Source: Candidatus Thorarchaeota archaeon
GTDB lineage: Archaea > Asgardarchaeota > Thorarchaeia > Thorarchaeales > Thorarchaeaceae
Direction of reading: 5' to 3'
Assembly (NCBI GenBank): GCA_019057475.1
Contig: DXJO01000008.1
Location: forward strand, 73,943-137,942
Length of the DNA: 64,000 nucleotides
The translations under genes were made by a program, and so were the position numbers. How positions within the stretch are numbered: position 1 is the stretch's first letter; every line of letters begins with the position of its first letter. The notes below the pieces were generated by a model. The model was not told where the DNA came from. It did not search any database and worked only from the letters and a program-made list of their open reading frames with translations. This document shows positions 10,374 to 19,203 of the stretch, in pieces.

Positions 10374-11174
10374 ATGATGGACCGCTCTATCAAGTCTCCA
10401 TTCCGGTTTCCTGGCAGCAAGGCTCAGGCAATCAAGTACATTCGACCCCACTGGGAGAGCAATCCACACGCCGAGTATCGAGAACCATTCCTTGGTGGTG
10501 GTGCAGTGTTTTTCTCGAAGCTAAGGGTTCCATCTATCTGGCTGAACGACATTGACGAAGAACTTGTCACTACATACAAAACAATACAGGACGCTGAATC
10601 ATGCTCCCTTCTGATGGAACGAGTGAGTCAGGAAGAAGCAACAAAAGAACGCCACACGGAGATGAAGCACTGGAAACCGAAGACCGCCCTGGACATTGCT
10701 CATCGCTATTTCTACCTCAATCGTACATCGTACAGTGGTATAATGAAGAAACCCGCGTGGGGGTATCACCCGAAGAAGAGTGTCCCCCCGGAGCGGTGGG
10801 GACCACGAATCCTGCAAGCACATGAGAAGCTACAAGGTGCCAAAATCACATCTCAGGACTTCGAGTCCATAATCGAGGCACCCGCACAAAATAATGGCGT
10901 CTTCATGTTCATCGATCCTCCGTACTATGAGGCTGACCAGAAACGGGCGTATAAGCACTCATTCACTCAGGCTGACCATGTGCGGCTCGCTGCCATTCTC
11001 AAGGGGACCGACCTGCCCTTCTGCCTGACCTATGATAATTGCGAGCCAGTTAGAAACCTCTATGACTGGGCCACAATAACTCCGGTTTCTTGGAGGTATC
11101 ACACAGCAAATTCTCGAAAGGCTAGCAGGAAGATGGGTCAAGAACTTATCATCAGCAACTACAAACTCGAATGA
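10374..11174 (+). CDS. Dam-family N6-adenine DNA methyltransferase, paralog 2
   Basis: FPGSKAQAIKYI..EYREPFLGGGAVFF, YFYLNRTSYSG and FIDPPYY (DPPY). The likely ATG is at 10374. The listed ORF start at 10182 includes the Dam-remnant leader. Confidence 0.8.
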   Translation: MMDRSIKSPFRFPGSKAQAIKYIRPHWESNPHAEYREPFLGGGAVFFSKLRVPSIWLNDIDEELVTTYKTIQDAESCSLLMERVSQEEATKERHTEMKHWKPKTALDIAHRYFYLNRTSYSGIMKKPAWGYHPKKSVPPERWGPRILQAHEKLQGAKITSQDFESIIEAPAQNNGVFMFIDPPYYEADQKRAYKHSFTQADHVRLAAILKGTDLPFCLTYDNCEPVRNLYDWATITPVSWRYHTANSRKASRKMGQELIISNYKLE

Positions 11175-11391
11175 AGCCCTGAATCTTGGCCTGTCTTGAG
11201 CTTGGCCATATGTTAAGTTCGCAAGAACGATGTTGGTCCTCTGTTAAGACCGAGCCTTCGTTTCTTCTCATTTTTCGAGCACTATGATTTCTGGAGGTCC
11301 TAGAATGGTGTTTGGGTCTAGTCTGGGCGGTTTCTAAGGGAGACGCCATTACTACAACTGCTAATATGCAAAATGACAATCGTTCTGTTGA

Positions 11392-11730
11392 TTGTCGATG
11401 ACGGTACGATTAGATTCCATCTCTAGGGCTTTCAGCGAAGGAAGGACGGTATGCAATAGACTTGGCTGCGTCATTCTGTATACGGGTGACAGTTGCGCAC
11501 TGTGTGATGTCGCTATGGAGGTTCTGCAAGAGGTCGTTACCGAGTTCGGTCTTCCCCTCGACATTGTTACTGAGGTGGATATCGACACAGCCAATGATTG
11601 CGACCTTTCCGGTATTGTCGCTCTTCCCACGATGAGCATCTGTGGAAAAGTCATTCCCGGATTGCCGGATGTCGATGATGTTAGAGGAGCTCTCATGAAT
11701 GCAATTCTCGGGGGTTGCCTCTTTAGGTAG
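11392..11730 (+). CDS. Small thioredoxin/glutaredoxin-like redox protein (CxxC)
   Basis: VILYTGDSCALCDVAMEVL carries a CxxC in a thioredoxin-fold context. It was preferred over the overlapping antisense ORF 11361..11696. Confidence 0.4.
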   Translation: MSMTVRLDSISRAFSEGRTVCNRLGCVILYTGDSCALCDVAMEVLQEVVTEFGLPLDIVTEVDIDTANDCDLSGIVALPTMSICGKVIPGLPDVDDVRGALMNAILGGCLFR

Positions 11731-11755
11731 GCATGCTCTGACTGCTCGCTTCTTT

Positions 11756-13015
11756 CTACACCCGTTTGAGGATAACTAAGTGCTCTGTAGCCATTCTGCT
11801 GTCCGCATAGCCCGATGCCGGGTTAACTTCTGATTTGAACATGGATCGCGAAACTATCGGGTCTACGTAAGTGACAAGATGCTTCCAGCCCATTTCCGTG
11901 AGATGTTCAACCAAAATCTCATCAATGGGGATTGATCTTGTCCTAATCTTGGCAGGCCCAACGAATATGCACATGTAGTCATTGACTCTCTCTCCAAGAG
12001 TCGCGAATGCATTTATTGTTCCATGGAAGTACCTGTCATACAGCTGGACAAGGTGGTCCTCAACTATCTCCTTTCTGTAAGCTTGATACTTCTCAGAGTG
12101 AATGTGAATCTCGTCAACAGAGTTGTACGGGAGTTCTTTCTTGCTCAACGATCTCACGTATTCCTCATTATGCCCCAGCCAGAAGAGTTCGAGCTTCGTC
12201 GACCTGATGTACTCCTGAGCTTGCAGGTAGGGCGGAGATGTAATGAGAATATCCACATCTCTGTCTAGCTCGGTGTTGAGGGAATCAATCCCTGATCTCA
12301 GCTTGTGCTTCACCGGTTGAGGATTGAGATTGCTGTGTTCCTTCATCTTGTTGAGGAGTTTCTCAATCTGCTTTTCCAGCATGCTGTAGAACTCGGTTTC
12401 CCAATCTGTCCCCAGCAGCCGCTCTACCTTCTTCTTCGAGTGTCTGGATTTGTACAGCTTGTGCACCTTCTCATCACTGTATGAGAAGTATCTGGTTGCC
12501 TTCAGAAGAGGAATCGAGAGCATTTTCTTCGTCTTGCCCTTTGTTGCATGAACTAGTCCCCATGCCTTTGAGATAGTTGGGAGAAACTCTTCCGGGAACC
12601 AATACGTCAGGTTTGACCAGTCAGGAATGAATTCATGGTCAGAATTGCGCACTCTGGCAACTAGTTCTTGAACGTTGATTTTTGGGGCTTTCATGACTGC
12701 AGTGTCATGGAATAGGTTCATTATGGGATTCAGGTCCCAGAGCTCGTAGTCATGACCGTATACCCTTGACACAACGCCAACTGTGCCATAACCCGCAAAG
12801 GGATCGAACACGACTGACCCTGGTTCCGCGTATTTCTTCAGAGTGTAGGCGATAACCTGAGGGATGAACTTGGCTGGGTACTTGTAGATGGAGAAGGTTC
12901 CATAGGTCGTCTTGGGAATCTCTGGGACCGAGTTCCTGAACACCACGTCGACTCTCGGAGCAGCATCCTGATTGGATTGCGTGGTTCCGTTGGATGGTGT
13001 TCTGCCTTTGCTCAT
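11756..13015 (-). CDS. DNA methyltransferase, N4/N6 (N-4/N-6 methylase domain), alpha-like motif order
   Basis: Motif I VFDPFAGYGTVG lies near the N-terminus. Motif IV ITSPPYLQAQEY lies about 195 aa downstream, leaving room for a TRD in between. Confidence 0.75.
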   Translation of the reverse strand: MSKGRTPSNGTTQSNQDAAPRVDVVFRNSVPEIPKTTYGTFSIYKYPAKFIPQVIAYTLKKYAEPGSVVFDPFAGYGTVGVVSRVYGHDYELWDLNPIMNLFHDTAVMKAPKINVQELVARVRNSDHEFIPDWSNLTYWFPEEFLPTISKAWGLVHATKGKTKKMLSIPLLKATRYFSYSDEKVHKLYKSRHSKKKVERLLGTDWETEFYSMLEKQIEKLLNKMKEHSNLNPQPVKHKLRSGIDSLNTELDRDVDILITSPPYLQAQEYIRSTKLELFWLGHNEEYVRSLSKKELPYNSVDEIHIHSEKYQAYRKEIVEDHLVQLYDRYFHGTINAFATLGERVNDYMCIFVGPAKIRTRSIPIDEILVEHLTEMGWKHLVTYVDPIVSRSMFKSEVNPASGYADSRMATEHLVILKRV

Positions 13016-13044
13016 TGTTGTACACTCTTGAGAGTTCTTCAGAT

Positions 13045-13755
13045 TTAGGACTGTTTACTGTTCCTGTCTGTATGAAGGAACGCTCTTCTGCGTTTTCCAC
13101 AGACCGTAATGGCTCCCATCTTCCTCAAGCAATATGTCATCTTCTGCACCAGCCATCTCGGTTTGTCAGTGGCCTTGGCAAGGTCTGCATTAGTAAACGG
13201 TCTGGTCAGTGAATCTGGAATGAACGCGAGGAACTCCTCAGGTTTCTCGAAGAGATACTGGTCAGTAACCTCGACCAGCCTGCGGTCGACGATACTCCAC
13301 CCTTTGCGCCTCCAGCTCCCCTTTCCGTCATTGCGCCTGATTTCCTCTTCGCGGATGAGCAGAATTTCGAGTGAGAAGTTCTGATGAGCGACGAGTTCTG
13401 GGAAACTCACGAGTTCCTCAAACAGGTTCTCAAGCGACTTCCTCTTGGGTGAACGCCGTTTCCCGAGTTCGACGCTGCCGTCGAGGCTCTCCCGGACTAT
13501 CCATTTCTCGTGGGCGAGCGGATGAACGAGCCGCACCTGATGACTCCCAATCAGGGTCATTAGTTTCTGCTTGATAGCAGAGAAGTTGCTGGTCTGAATC
13601 TCGATAAGCAAGTCGCCACGCACTATGTCAATTACAAAACCATCAACTGGTACTTCCAAGAGGTCTCCTGAGTTGCTGTACCATTGCTTCAATGCAGCAT
13701 GCAAAGAGCTCTCAGCCAGTACTCCAATGCCTTGAGAGCCTCCCTCAGAAGCCAT
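13045..13755 (-). CDS. Hypothetical PD-(D/E)xK nuclease-like protein; candidate restriction endonuclease partner of the adjacent MTase
   Basis: VDGFVIDIVRGDLLIEIQT fits a D...D...E-x-Q/K layout. The gene is co-oriented and 29 nt upstream of the MTase. Start taken at MASEGG (13755); the listed ORF start at 13890 would overlap the IscU gene. Confidence 0.35.
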   Translation of the reverse strand: MASEGGSQGIGVLAESSLHAALKQWYSNSGDLLEVPVDGFVIDIVRGDLLIEIQTSNFSAIKQKLMTLIGSHQVRLVHPLAHEKWIVRESLDGSVELGKRRSPKRKSLENLFEELVSFPELVAHQNFSLEILLIREEEIRRNDGKGSWRRKGWSIVDRRLVEVTDQYLFEKPEEFLAFIPDSLTRPFTNADLAKATDKPRWLVQKMTYCLRKMGAITVCGKRRRAFLHTDRNSKQS

Positions 13756-13837
13756 GTGTTTGACTGATGCTTCACTCCTTTTGTCAGTTCTGATAAAAAG
13801 ATGGCTTCGCGCCATAAACCGAACTCTGCTCCGGGTA

Positions 13838-14617
13838 TTACCCGATAATGACAACGGCATCGATGAATAGCTCGTATTCCTCGTCTTCATCGAGGTTCTT
13901 GATCAGTGCACGTTCTACCTCAAAGTCACCTCTGATCTCAAGGAGTTGTGACTGGTACAGAATTTTGAGTCCCACGTTGCCGAGGAGCATGTTCAGCTCG
14001 TCCGGCATCTTGATGTCCTTGCCACATGTCAGCAGAATTACTCGGTCGGTATGATCTGTGAGCTTAATCGCGGCTTTGATTGATGCATCTCCAGTGTAAA
14101 TTACCAGAGTTCGCTGATCGTCAAAAACAGTCGGATCGCCTATTGTTCGGTACAACCCGTTATTCTCAAATTCGGTCTTGCACACGATGTGTTCTGTTTG
14201 GACGATATCATCACACTCGGGCTCATCCACCTCGCCACTCTCCCTGCGGCGGTAGCTGCTGATTGCCTCGTGCAAAGCTTCCGCTGCCAAATTCGAACAG
14301 TGCATCTTGATGGGCGGCAAACCGTCCAATTCTCCGGCTACATCCTCGCGCTTGACTTTCATTGCCTCATCCAAGGTCATTCCTATGACCATCTCCGTGG
14401 TCATGCTGCTTGTGGCAATAGCGGAGCCGCAACCGAAGGTTCGGAACTTGGCATCCACAATCTTGTCATCTTTCACCTTGATGAAGACCTCCATAATGTC
14501 TCCACACGTTGGATTGCCAACAGTTCCAGAAGCCACGTCATCTCCCTCGAGAGTACCAACGTTTCTTGGATTTCGGAAGTGGTCTAGAACCTTTTCAGAG
14601 TACTTTGTTGACTTCAT
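13838..14617 (-). CDS. iscU: IscU/NifU-type Fe-S scaffold fused to an uncharacterised ~130-aa C-terminal domain
   Basis: The N-terminus has the three scaffold Cys contexts (GNPTCGDIMEV, FRTFGCGSAIATSS, MHCSNLAAEAL). Residues 125-259 have no recognised motif. Confidence 0.8.
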   Translation of the reverse strand: MKSTKYSEKVLDHFRNPRNVGTLEGDDVASGTVGNPTCGDIMEVFIKVKDDKIVDAKFRTFGCGSAIATSSMTTEMVIGMTLDEAMKVKREDVAGELDGLPPIKMHCSNLAAEALHEAISSYRRRESGEVDEPECDDIVQTEHIVCKTEFENNGLYRTIGDPTVFDDQRTLVIYTGDASIKAAIKLTDHTDRVILLTCGKDIKMPDELNMLLGNVGLKILYQSQLLEIRGDFEVERALIKNLDEDEEYELFIDAVVIIG

Positions 14618-14627
14618 TAGTCATCAC

Positions 14628-15806
14628 CTATTTTCTGGCCTTGTAGATTGGCGATAATTCCCTCAGGCGATTTACCACTTTGGGAACCACCTCGAGAGCC
14701 CGGTCGATATCGCTACCTTCATTGAAGCGTCCAACCGTGAACTGCAGTGAGCCGTGTGCTTCCTCGTGCAGCAAGCCGGTTGCTATTAATGTATGCGACG
14801 GCTCAAGGGTCTTTGAGCTGCAAGCTGACCCAGTTGATACTGATATTCCCTCATCTTTGAAGGAGAGCAGTATCGACTCTCCCTCAATACCATCGAATCT
14901 AAAATGAGCGTTACTGGCAAGCCGTTCTTTTTGATGGCCGTTGAGGTAGCTGTCTGGAATCTCTTCCAAGACCTGTTTAATCATTCTATCGCGCCAGCCT
15001 ATGAACCGCTTAACCTCTCTCTTCATTTCTTTCCTCATGATTCGCGCAGCAGCCTGCATGCCGATAATGGCTGGCATGTTCTCAGTGCCCGAGCGAAGCC
15101 CTCTCTCCTGTCCACCGCCCTGAATCACAGGGTTGGGGCGGGCTCCCTTCCTGATGTACAGAATGCCAAGGCCCTTTGGTCCATAGATATCGTTGGACGA
15201 CAGTGACATCAAGTCGATGTTGTCACGCTTGACATCCAATTCAACCAGCCCCTCGGCAGCCACTGCGTCGGTGTGAAACTTAATTCCTCTCTCCCTAGCG
15301 AGATTTCCAATTTCTGCTACTGGCTGGATTGTACCTATCTCATTGCTTGCATAGCCTATGGAGATCAGTATCGTTTGGTCTGTTAGTCTTCTCTCGAGCT
15401 TCTTAATGCTCACTCTGCCATACCTATCCACGGGTACCCGCGTAACATTGAAGCCCTGCATCTGGAGGTACTTGGCGATGTTGCGGATAGAGATGTGTTC
15501 AACCTCGGAGATGATGACATGGTTTCCCTTTCTCTTGTTCTTCAGCATGTATCCTAACAGGGCGAAATTGTTGGATTCAGTCGCACCGGATGTAAAGACA
15601 ATCTCATCGTTATCAGCATTGATGAATTTCGCAATCTCCTTTCTGCTCTCCTCAAGTGCATCTGTAGCAACGTCTCCCACCTTGTGTAGCGCTGAGGGAT
15701 TCCCGAACTTCTCAGTGAAGAAGGGTATCATCTCATCTATGACTCTAGGATCGACTGGTTTCGATGACTGGTAGTCCAGATAGATTTCAGGGCGAGAGGT
15801 ATTCAT
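14628..15806 (-). CDS. iscS: IscS/NifS-like class V aminotransferase-fold protein lacking the PLP-binding lysine
   Basis: Class-V fold throughout. The active-site Cys loop is present (STGSACSS). The canonical SGHKIYGPKG reads SSNDIYGPKG, so H-K is N-D here. Confidence 0.8.
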   Translation of the reverse strand: MNTSRPEIYLDYQSSKPVDPRVIDEMIPFFTEKFGNPSALHKVGDVATDALEESRKEIAKFINADNDEIVFTSGATESNNFALLGYMLKNKRKGNHVIISEVEHISIRNIAKYLQMQGFNVTRVPVDRYGRVSIKKLERRLTDQTILISIGYASNEIGTIQPVAEIGNLARERGIKFHTDAVAAEGLVELDVKRDNIDLMSLSSNDIYGPKGLGILYIRKGARPNPVIQGGGQERGLRSGTENMPAIIGMQAAARIMRKEMKREVKRFIGWRDRMIKQVLEEIPDSYLNGHQKERLASNAHFRFDGIEGESILLSFKDEGISVSTGSACSSKTLEPSHTLIATGLLHEEAHGSLQFTVGRFNEGSDIDRALEVVPKVVNRLRELSPIYKARK

Positions 15807-15820
15807 CTTGGTACGTCACC

Positions 15821-16063
15821 TTACTTCAGTCTGCGAATCAGGAAGCGCTGCACTCCATCATCAAACTTCTCATAGGAGATGAGTTCATGACCTGTGCGCT
15901 TACAGAACCTCTTGATATCCGACTCTGCGCCTGGATCATCAGCGAGCAGCTCTAGAATCTCTCCAACTTCGACAGAGCCAATCGATTTCCGTGCCTGCAG
16001 GAGCGGCATAGGACAAAAGAGTCCCACACAATCCAATGTCTTAGTTGGTTCAGAATCATTCAT
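15821..16063 (-). CDS. tusA: TusA-like sulfurtransferase
   Basis: 80 aa, with the CPxP motif in LDCVGLFCPMPLLQARK. Confidence 0.75.
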   Translation of the reverse strand: MNDSEPTKTLDCVGLFCPMPLLQARKSIGSVEVGEILELLADDPGAESDIKRFCKRTGHELISYEKFDDGVQRFLIRRLK

Positions 16064-16183
16064 ATTGGCAACACCTAACCATTGTTAAGTTTGGGCTAGG
16101 TTCGGTTGAGAACCTTATAACTTTTAGCATAGGTCTGGCGAAAATCAAAAGCGTTTTCAAGAGGGTGCAACTCCGCGGATGCC

Positions 16184-17008
16184 ATGCCCGACTTCTCAAA
16201 ACTCCTGAGGAGAGCACGCGATGACGTAAATCTCTGCATTGGGATTTGGTCTGATTTGCTTGGGTCGCTTTATGGCGACAGCTTGGTTTGTGCCTACTCG
16301 AAGGGGTCGGGTGTGAAGCCGTGGGACGGCGAAATCGACTATGTTCCCCTCATCAGTGACGTAGATATCCACGTCCATCTAAAACCCGAAGTCCCAATCA
16401 CCACTGATGATATCAATTCATTCGGGTTGGCAATGAAAACCTCTGCGGAGTATGAGGAGCGATTCCTAGAAGCGAGCTCAGAACACCTACATATCCCGCG
16501 AACTCAGATTACTTTCGTCCGGATGCTTGAAGATATGATCAGTTATGTTGCCCCAAGAGCATCAGATGTCCAGATGCTGATTGGTCGCTTCAAGGATACC
16601 AAACCACTCTTAGCGGAACGAATCCGCGAGATAGACTACGAACAGCTCCTCTCCATGAAGCCATTTCTTGAGGACATTCCGAGAACACTCATAGATCGTA
16701 CTGGCCTTGACCTGTGGAACCTGGTTCGACGCTTGACATGGCGGGTTTCCCCGTCACCGGTCAGACTGATTACACAGCGACACGAGGACCCGTATGAGGT
16801 GTGGACCTGGAACCGTACCCGAATTCTATCTGAGCTCGAAGCGATGGATTATGATGCGATTGCACAGAATTACAATGACTTCTACGATGCAGGATGGCGT
16901 CTGTTCCTCTCAAATTTCAGTGATTCAGGTCTCTATCGTGAGATGATTGAGCATGGCTACCACCTGCTATGGGGCTGTGTTCGAGAGGTACAAGAAATCG
17001 CAGACTAG
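16184..17008 (+). CDS. Hypothetical protein with possible Pol-beta-type nucleotidyltransferase motif
   Basis: GS/GSG ... SDVDIHVHL resembles hG[GS]x(n)DhDh, followed by a helical C-terminal region. The motif spacing is atypical. Confidence 0.3.
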   Translation: MPDFSKLLRRARDDVNLCIGIWSDLLGSLYGDSLVCAYSKGSGVKPWDGEIDYVPLISDVDIHVHLKPEVPITTDDINSFGLAMKTSAEYEERFLEASSEHLHIPRTQITFVRMLEDMISYVAPRASDVQMLIGRFKDTKPLLAERIREIDYEQLLSMKPFLEDIPRTLIDRTGLDLWNLVRRLTWRVSPSPVRLITQRHEDPYEVWTWNRTRILSELEAMDYDAIAQNYNDFYDAGWRLFLSNFSDSGLYREMIEHGYHLLWGCVREVQEIAD

Positions 17009-17022
17009 TCCTTCGTGGGTTG

Positions 17023-17496
17023 TTACTGAGTATCATTGAGATGACGCAGCCAGATTACACCATCATCTTGGGGGTAGAATGAGGGGAGATTCGCAACTTC
17101 TTCGAAGCCTAATGACCTGTAGAATGACCTTCCGCCATCATTCCCATGTTCCATAAACAGATACAGAACTCTGAGGCGGTATCCGTTCTCTTCGTAGAAA
17201 CCAGCAGCATCCTTGATGAGCGCCTTCATGAGTGCACTAGCTACTCCCTTGCGGCGGAATGCAAGATTCACGCCAAGCCCAGCTATCTCAACTACGCCAT
17301 CGTCGAGACCTCCTCTTGTGTCCCAGGAGAGAGACCCCGCCAGGTTACTATCCACGAAACCGAGGATTGTCTTGAATTTGAGGGTCAGGTCATCTGCAAA
17401 CGCCTTCGCGCGCTCTTGATGATTCTCGATGTCCTTAAGGTACATTTTCTCCAATAGGGTTCTGTCAGTTTGAACGGCCTTGCGTATCTCTGGCAT
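17023..17496 (-). CDS. GNAT family N-acetyltransferase
   Basis: Motif A LAFRRKGVASALMKALI (R-x-x-G-x-A). The start is likely at MPEIRK (17496). Confidence 0.7.
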   Translation of the reverse strand: MPEIRKAVQTDRTLLEKMYLKDIENHQERAKAFADDLTLKFKTILGFVDSNLAGSLSWDTRGGLDDGVVEIAGLGVNLAFRRKGVASALMKALIKDAAGFYEENGYRLRVLYLFMEHGNDGGRSFYRSLGFEEVANLPSFYPQDDGVIWLRHLNDTQ

Positions 17497-17516
17497 ATCT
17501 GTTTCTCCATCTTGAT

Positions 17517-17966
17517 TCATTTGGGTTCCGCACTGCTCTGCGTTCTCTCTTGCTCTAGCTCTTGATGCATTGCTCTGCATCTGCCAAGCCAGAGAATCTC
17601 ATACTCCTCAGCACTGATGATTCTGTCGTGAAGGTTGGGAATCCCGCGAATACCTGCTTCCTTGCACCACTCGACGCATATCCTGTACTCCTCCCAATCC
17701 ATCTCCATGTCTTCCCACTCACATAGAATATCGGAGTGTCCTTTCAGGTGCCATACAAGGGCCCTCGTGTGTCCATCAGTGGATATCATCTCCCCATCTA
17801 GCTTCTTGATTGGCACTGGCGGTATCTTGTGCGCTTCATCTTTGTCGAAGGCCTCTAGGATTCTATCGAGTTTCTTGCGACTAATGTATAGCTGACTGGG
17901 CTGAATGTCCTCAAGGTTCATCCGAAATGTGGTCATCGATTTTCTTGGCTCCGCCACACTGGACAA
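17517..17966 (-). CDS. Hypothetical protein
   Basis: 149-aa ORF lying 20 nt upstream of the GNAT on the same strand. No motif recognised. Confidence 0.3.
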   Translation of the reverse strand: MSSVAEPRKSMTTFRMNLEDIQPSQLYISRKKLDRILEAFDKDEAHKIPPVPIKKLDGEMISTDGHTRALVWHLKGHSDILCEWEDMEMDWEEYRICVEWCKEAGIRGIPNLHDRIISAEEYEILWLGRCRAMHQELEQERTQSSAEPK

Positions 17967-18078
17967 TCAGCTCTCGGACCTTATGTTTCCTCTTGTGGAT
18001 ACGCACATCAAGGGCAATTTATTAAACCCCTTCAGTTCGGGTGAATGCTGTTGTTCTTTCATAAAATGTGTGCTGCAA

Positions 18079-19203
18079 ATGACCGGAGATCTGACAATAG
18101 TGAAAAGCCGTGCTGCTGTTATTCCTGCACCTAACGCCTCGATTGAGATTAGAGAGTTCGAAGTTCCTGAACTAGTTCCGGGCTCTGCTTTACTGAAGGT
18201 CGCCAATGCTGGTGTGTGTGGAACAGATGTTCATCTTTGGCATGGAAAACTAGCAGGTGTTCCTTATCCTCTAATTCCTGGTCATGAAGCTGTTGGAACT
18301 ATTGAGAGGATTGGTCCCAGCCCGATTAGCTATCTAAACGGCCAAGAGATCAAAGTTGGCGATAGAGTAACATTTCATGACGTGACGAAGACATGCTTCT
18401 CCTGCTACTACTGTCTCATCGCGAAGACTCCTACGAAATGTCCAAACCGAGTTGTGTATGGGATAACAATGGACTCGACCAAGTTCCCCCATTTGATTGG
18501 TGGTTACAGCGAGTACGTATATCTCATTCCCGGTACGCACATCATCAGAGTACCCGATCATGTCAGTTTTGATGGTGCCATCTCGGTGGGATGTGCGCTT
18601 CCTACTGCCATCCACGCAGTGACACGGAGTCCAATGAAGCATGGCCTTAATGTTGCAGTTCAGGGCGCAGGGCCTGTTGGGCTAATGATTGCAATCCTTG
18701 CTAAGATAACCGGGGCAGCAACGATTACCTCAATTGACCAGGCACCCAATAGGTTAGAGGTTGCGAGGCGATTTGGAGTGACTCACACACTCAACATCCG
18801 TGAAACCGACCTAGAAGAGCGAAAGCAAGCCTTGCGTGAGATATCGGACGGACATGGACCCGATATTGTGTATGAAGCAACTGGAAACGCTCTAGCCGTT
18901 CCAGAAGGTATCGAACTTGTCCGCGAGGGTGGCACATACACTATCTGCGGGCAATACACTGATAGTGGGACCGTGGAAATGAATCCACATCTCATGAACC
19001 GCAAACATCTGGACATTCGAACCGTTTGGGGCTCAGAAACCACCCATGTGTATCAGGCAATACGCACAATCGCCAACAATTATGATCGATTCCCATTTGA
19101 GGACCTTGTCACACATAGCTTCAAACTTGATGAGGCTCAGAAAGCCCTTGAAACCCAACGTGATCAGAAGTCACTGAAAGCTGTAATCAGACCACATGAA
19201 TAG
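18079..19203 (+). CDS. Zinc-dependent medium-chain alcohol/threonine dehydrogenase-like oxidoreductase
   Basis: GVCGTDVHLW and GHEAVGTIE are zinc-ligand motifs. AVQGAGPVGLM is a Rossmann motif. Start taken at the ATG at 18079 to avoid overlapping the upstream antisense gene. Confidence 0.8.
   Translation: MTGDLTIVKSRAAVIPAPNASIEIREFEVPELVPGSALLKVANAGVCGTDVHLWHGKLAGVPYPLIPGHEAVGTIERIGPSPISYLNGQEIKVGDRVTFHDVTKTCFSCYYCLIAKTPTKCPNRVVYGITMDSTKFPHLIGGYSEYVYLIPGTHIIRVPDHVSFDGAISVGCALPTAIHAVTRSPMKHGLNVAVQGAGPVGLMIAILAKITGAATITSIDQAPNRLEVARRFGVTHTLNIRETDLEERKQALREISDGHGPDIVYEATGNALAVPEGIELVREGGTYTICGQYTDSGTVEMNPHLMNRKHLDIRTVWGSETTHVYQAIRTIANNYDRFPFEDLVTHSFKLDEAQKALETQRDQKSLKAVIRPHE

Noticed and set aside
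11361-11696. 111-aa minus-strand ORF
   Set aside because: It overlaps the plus-strand thioredoxin-like ORF, which has a CxxC motif. The minus-strand frame is Ser/Thr-rich with no motif.
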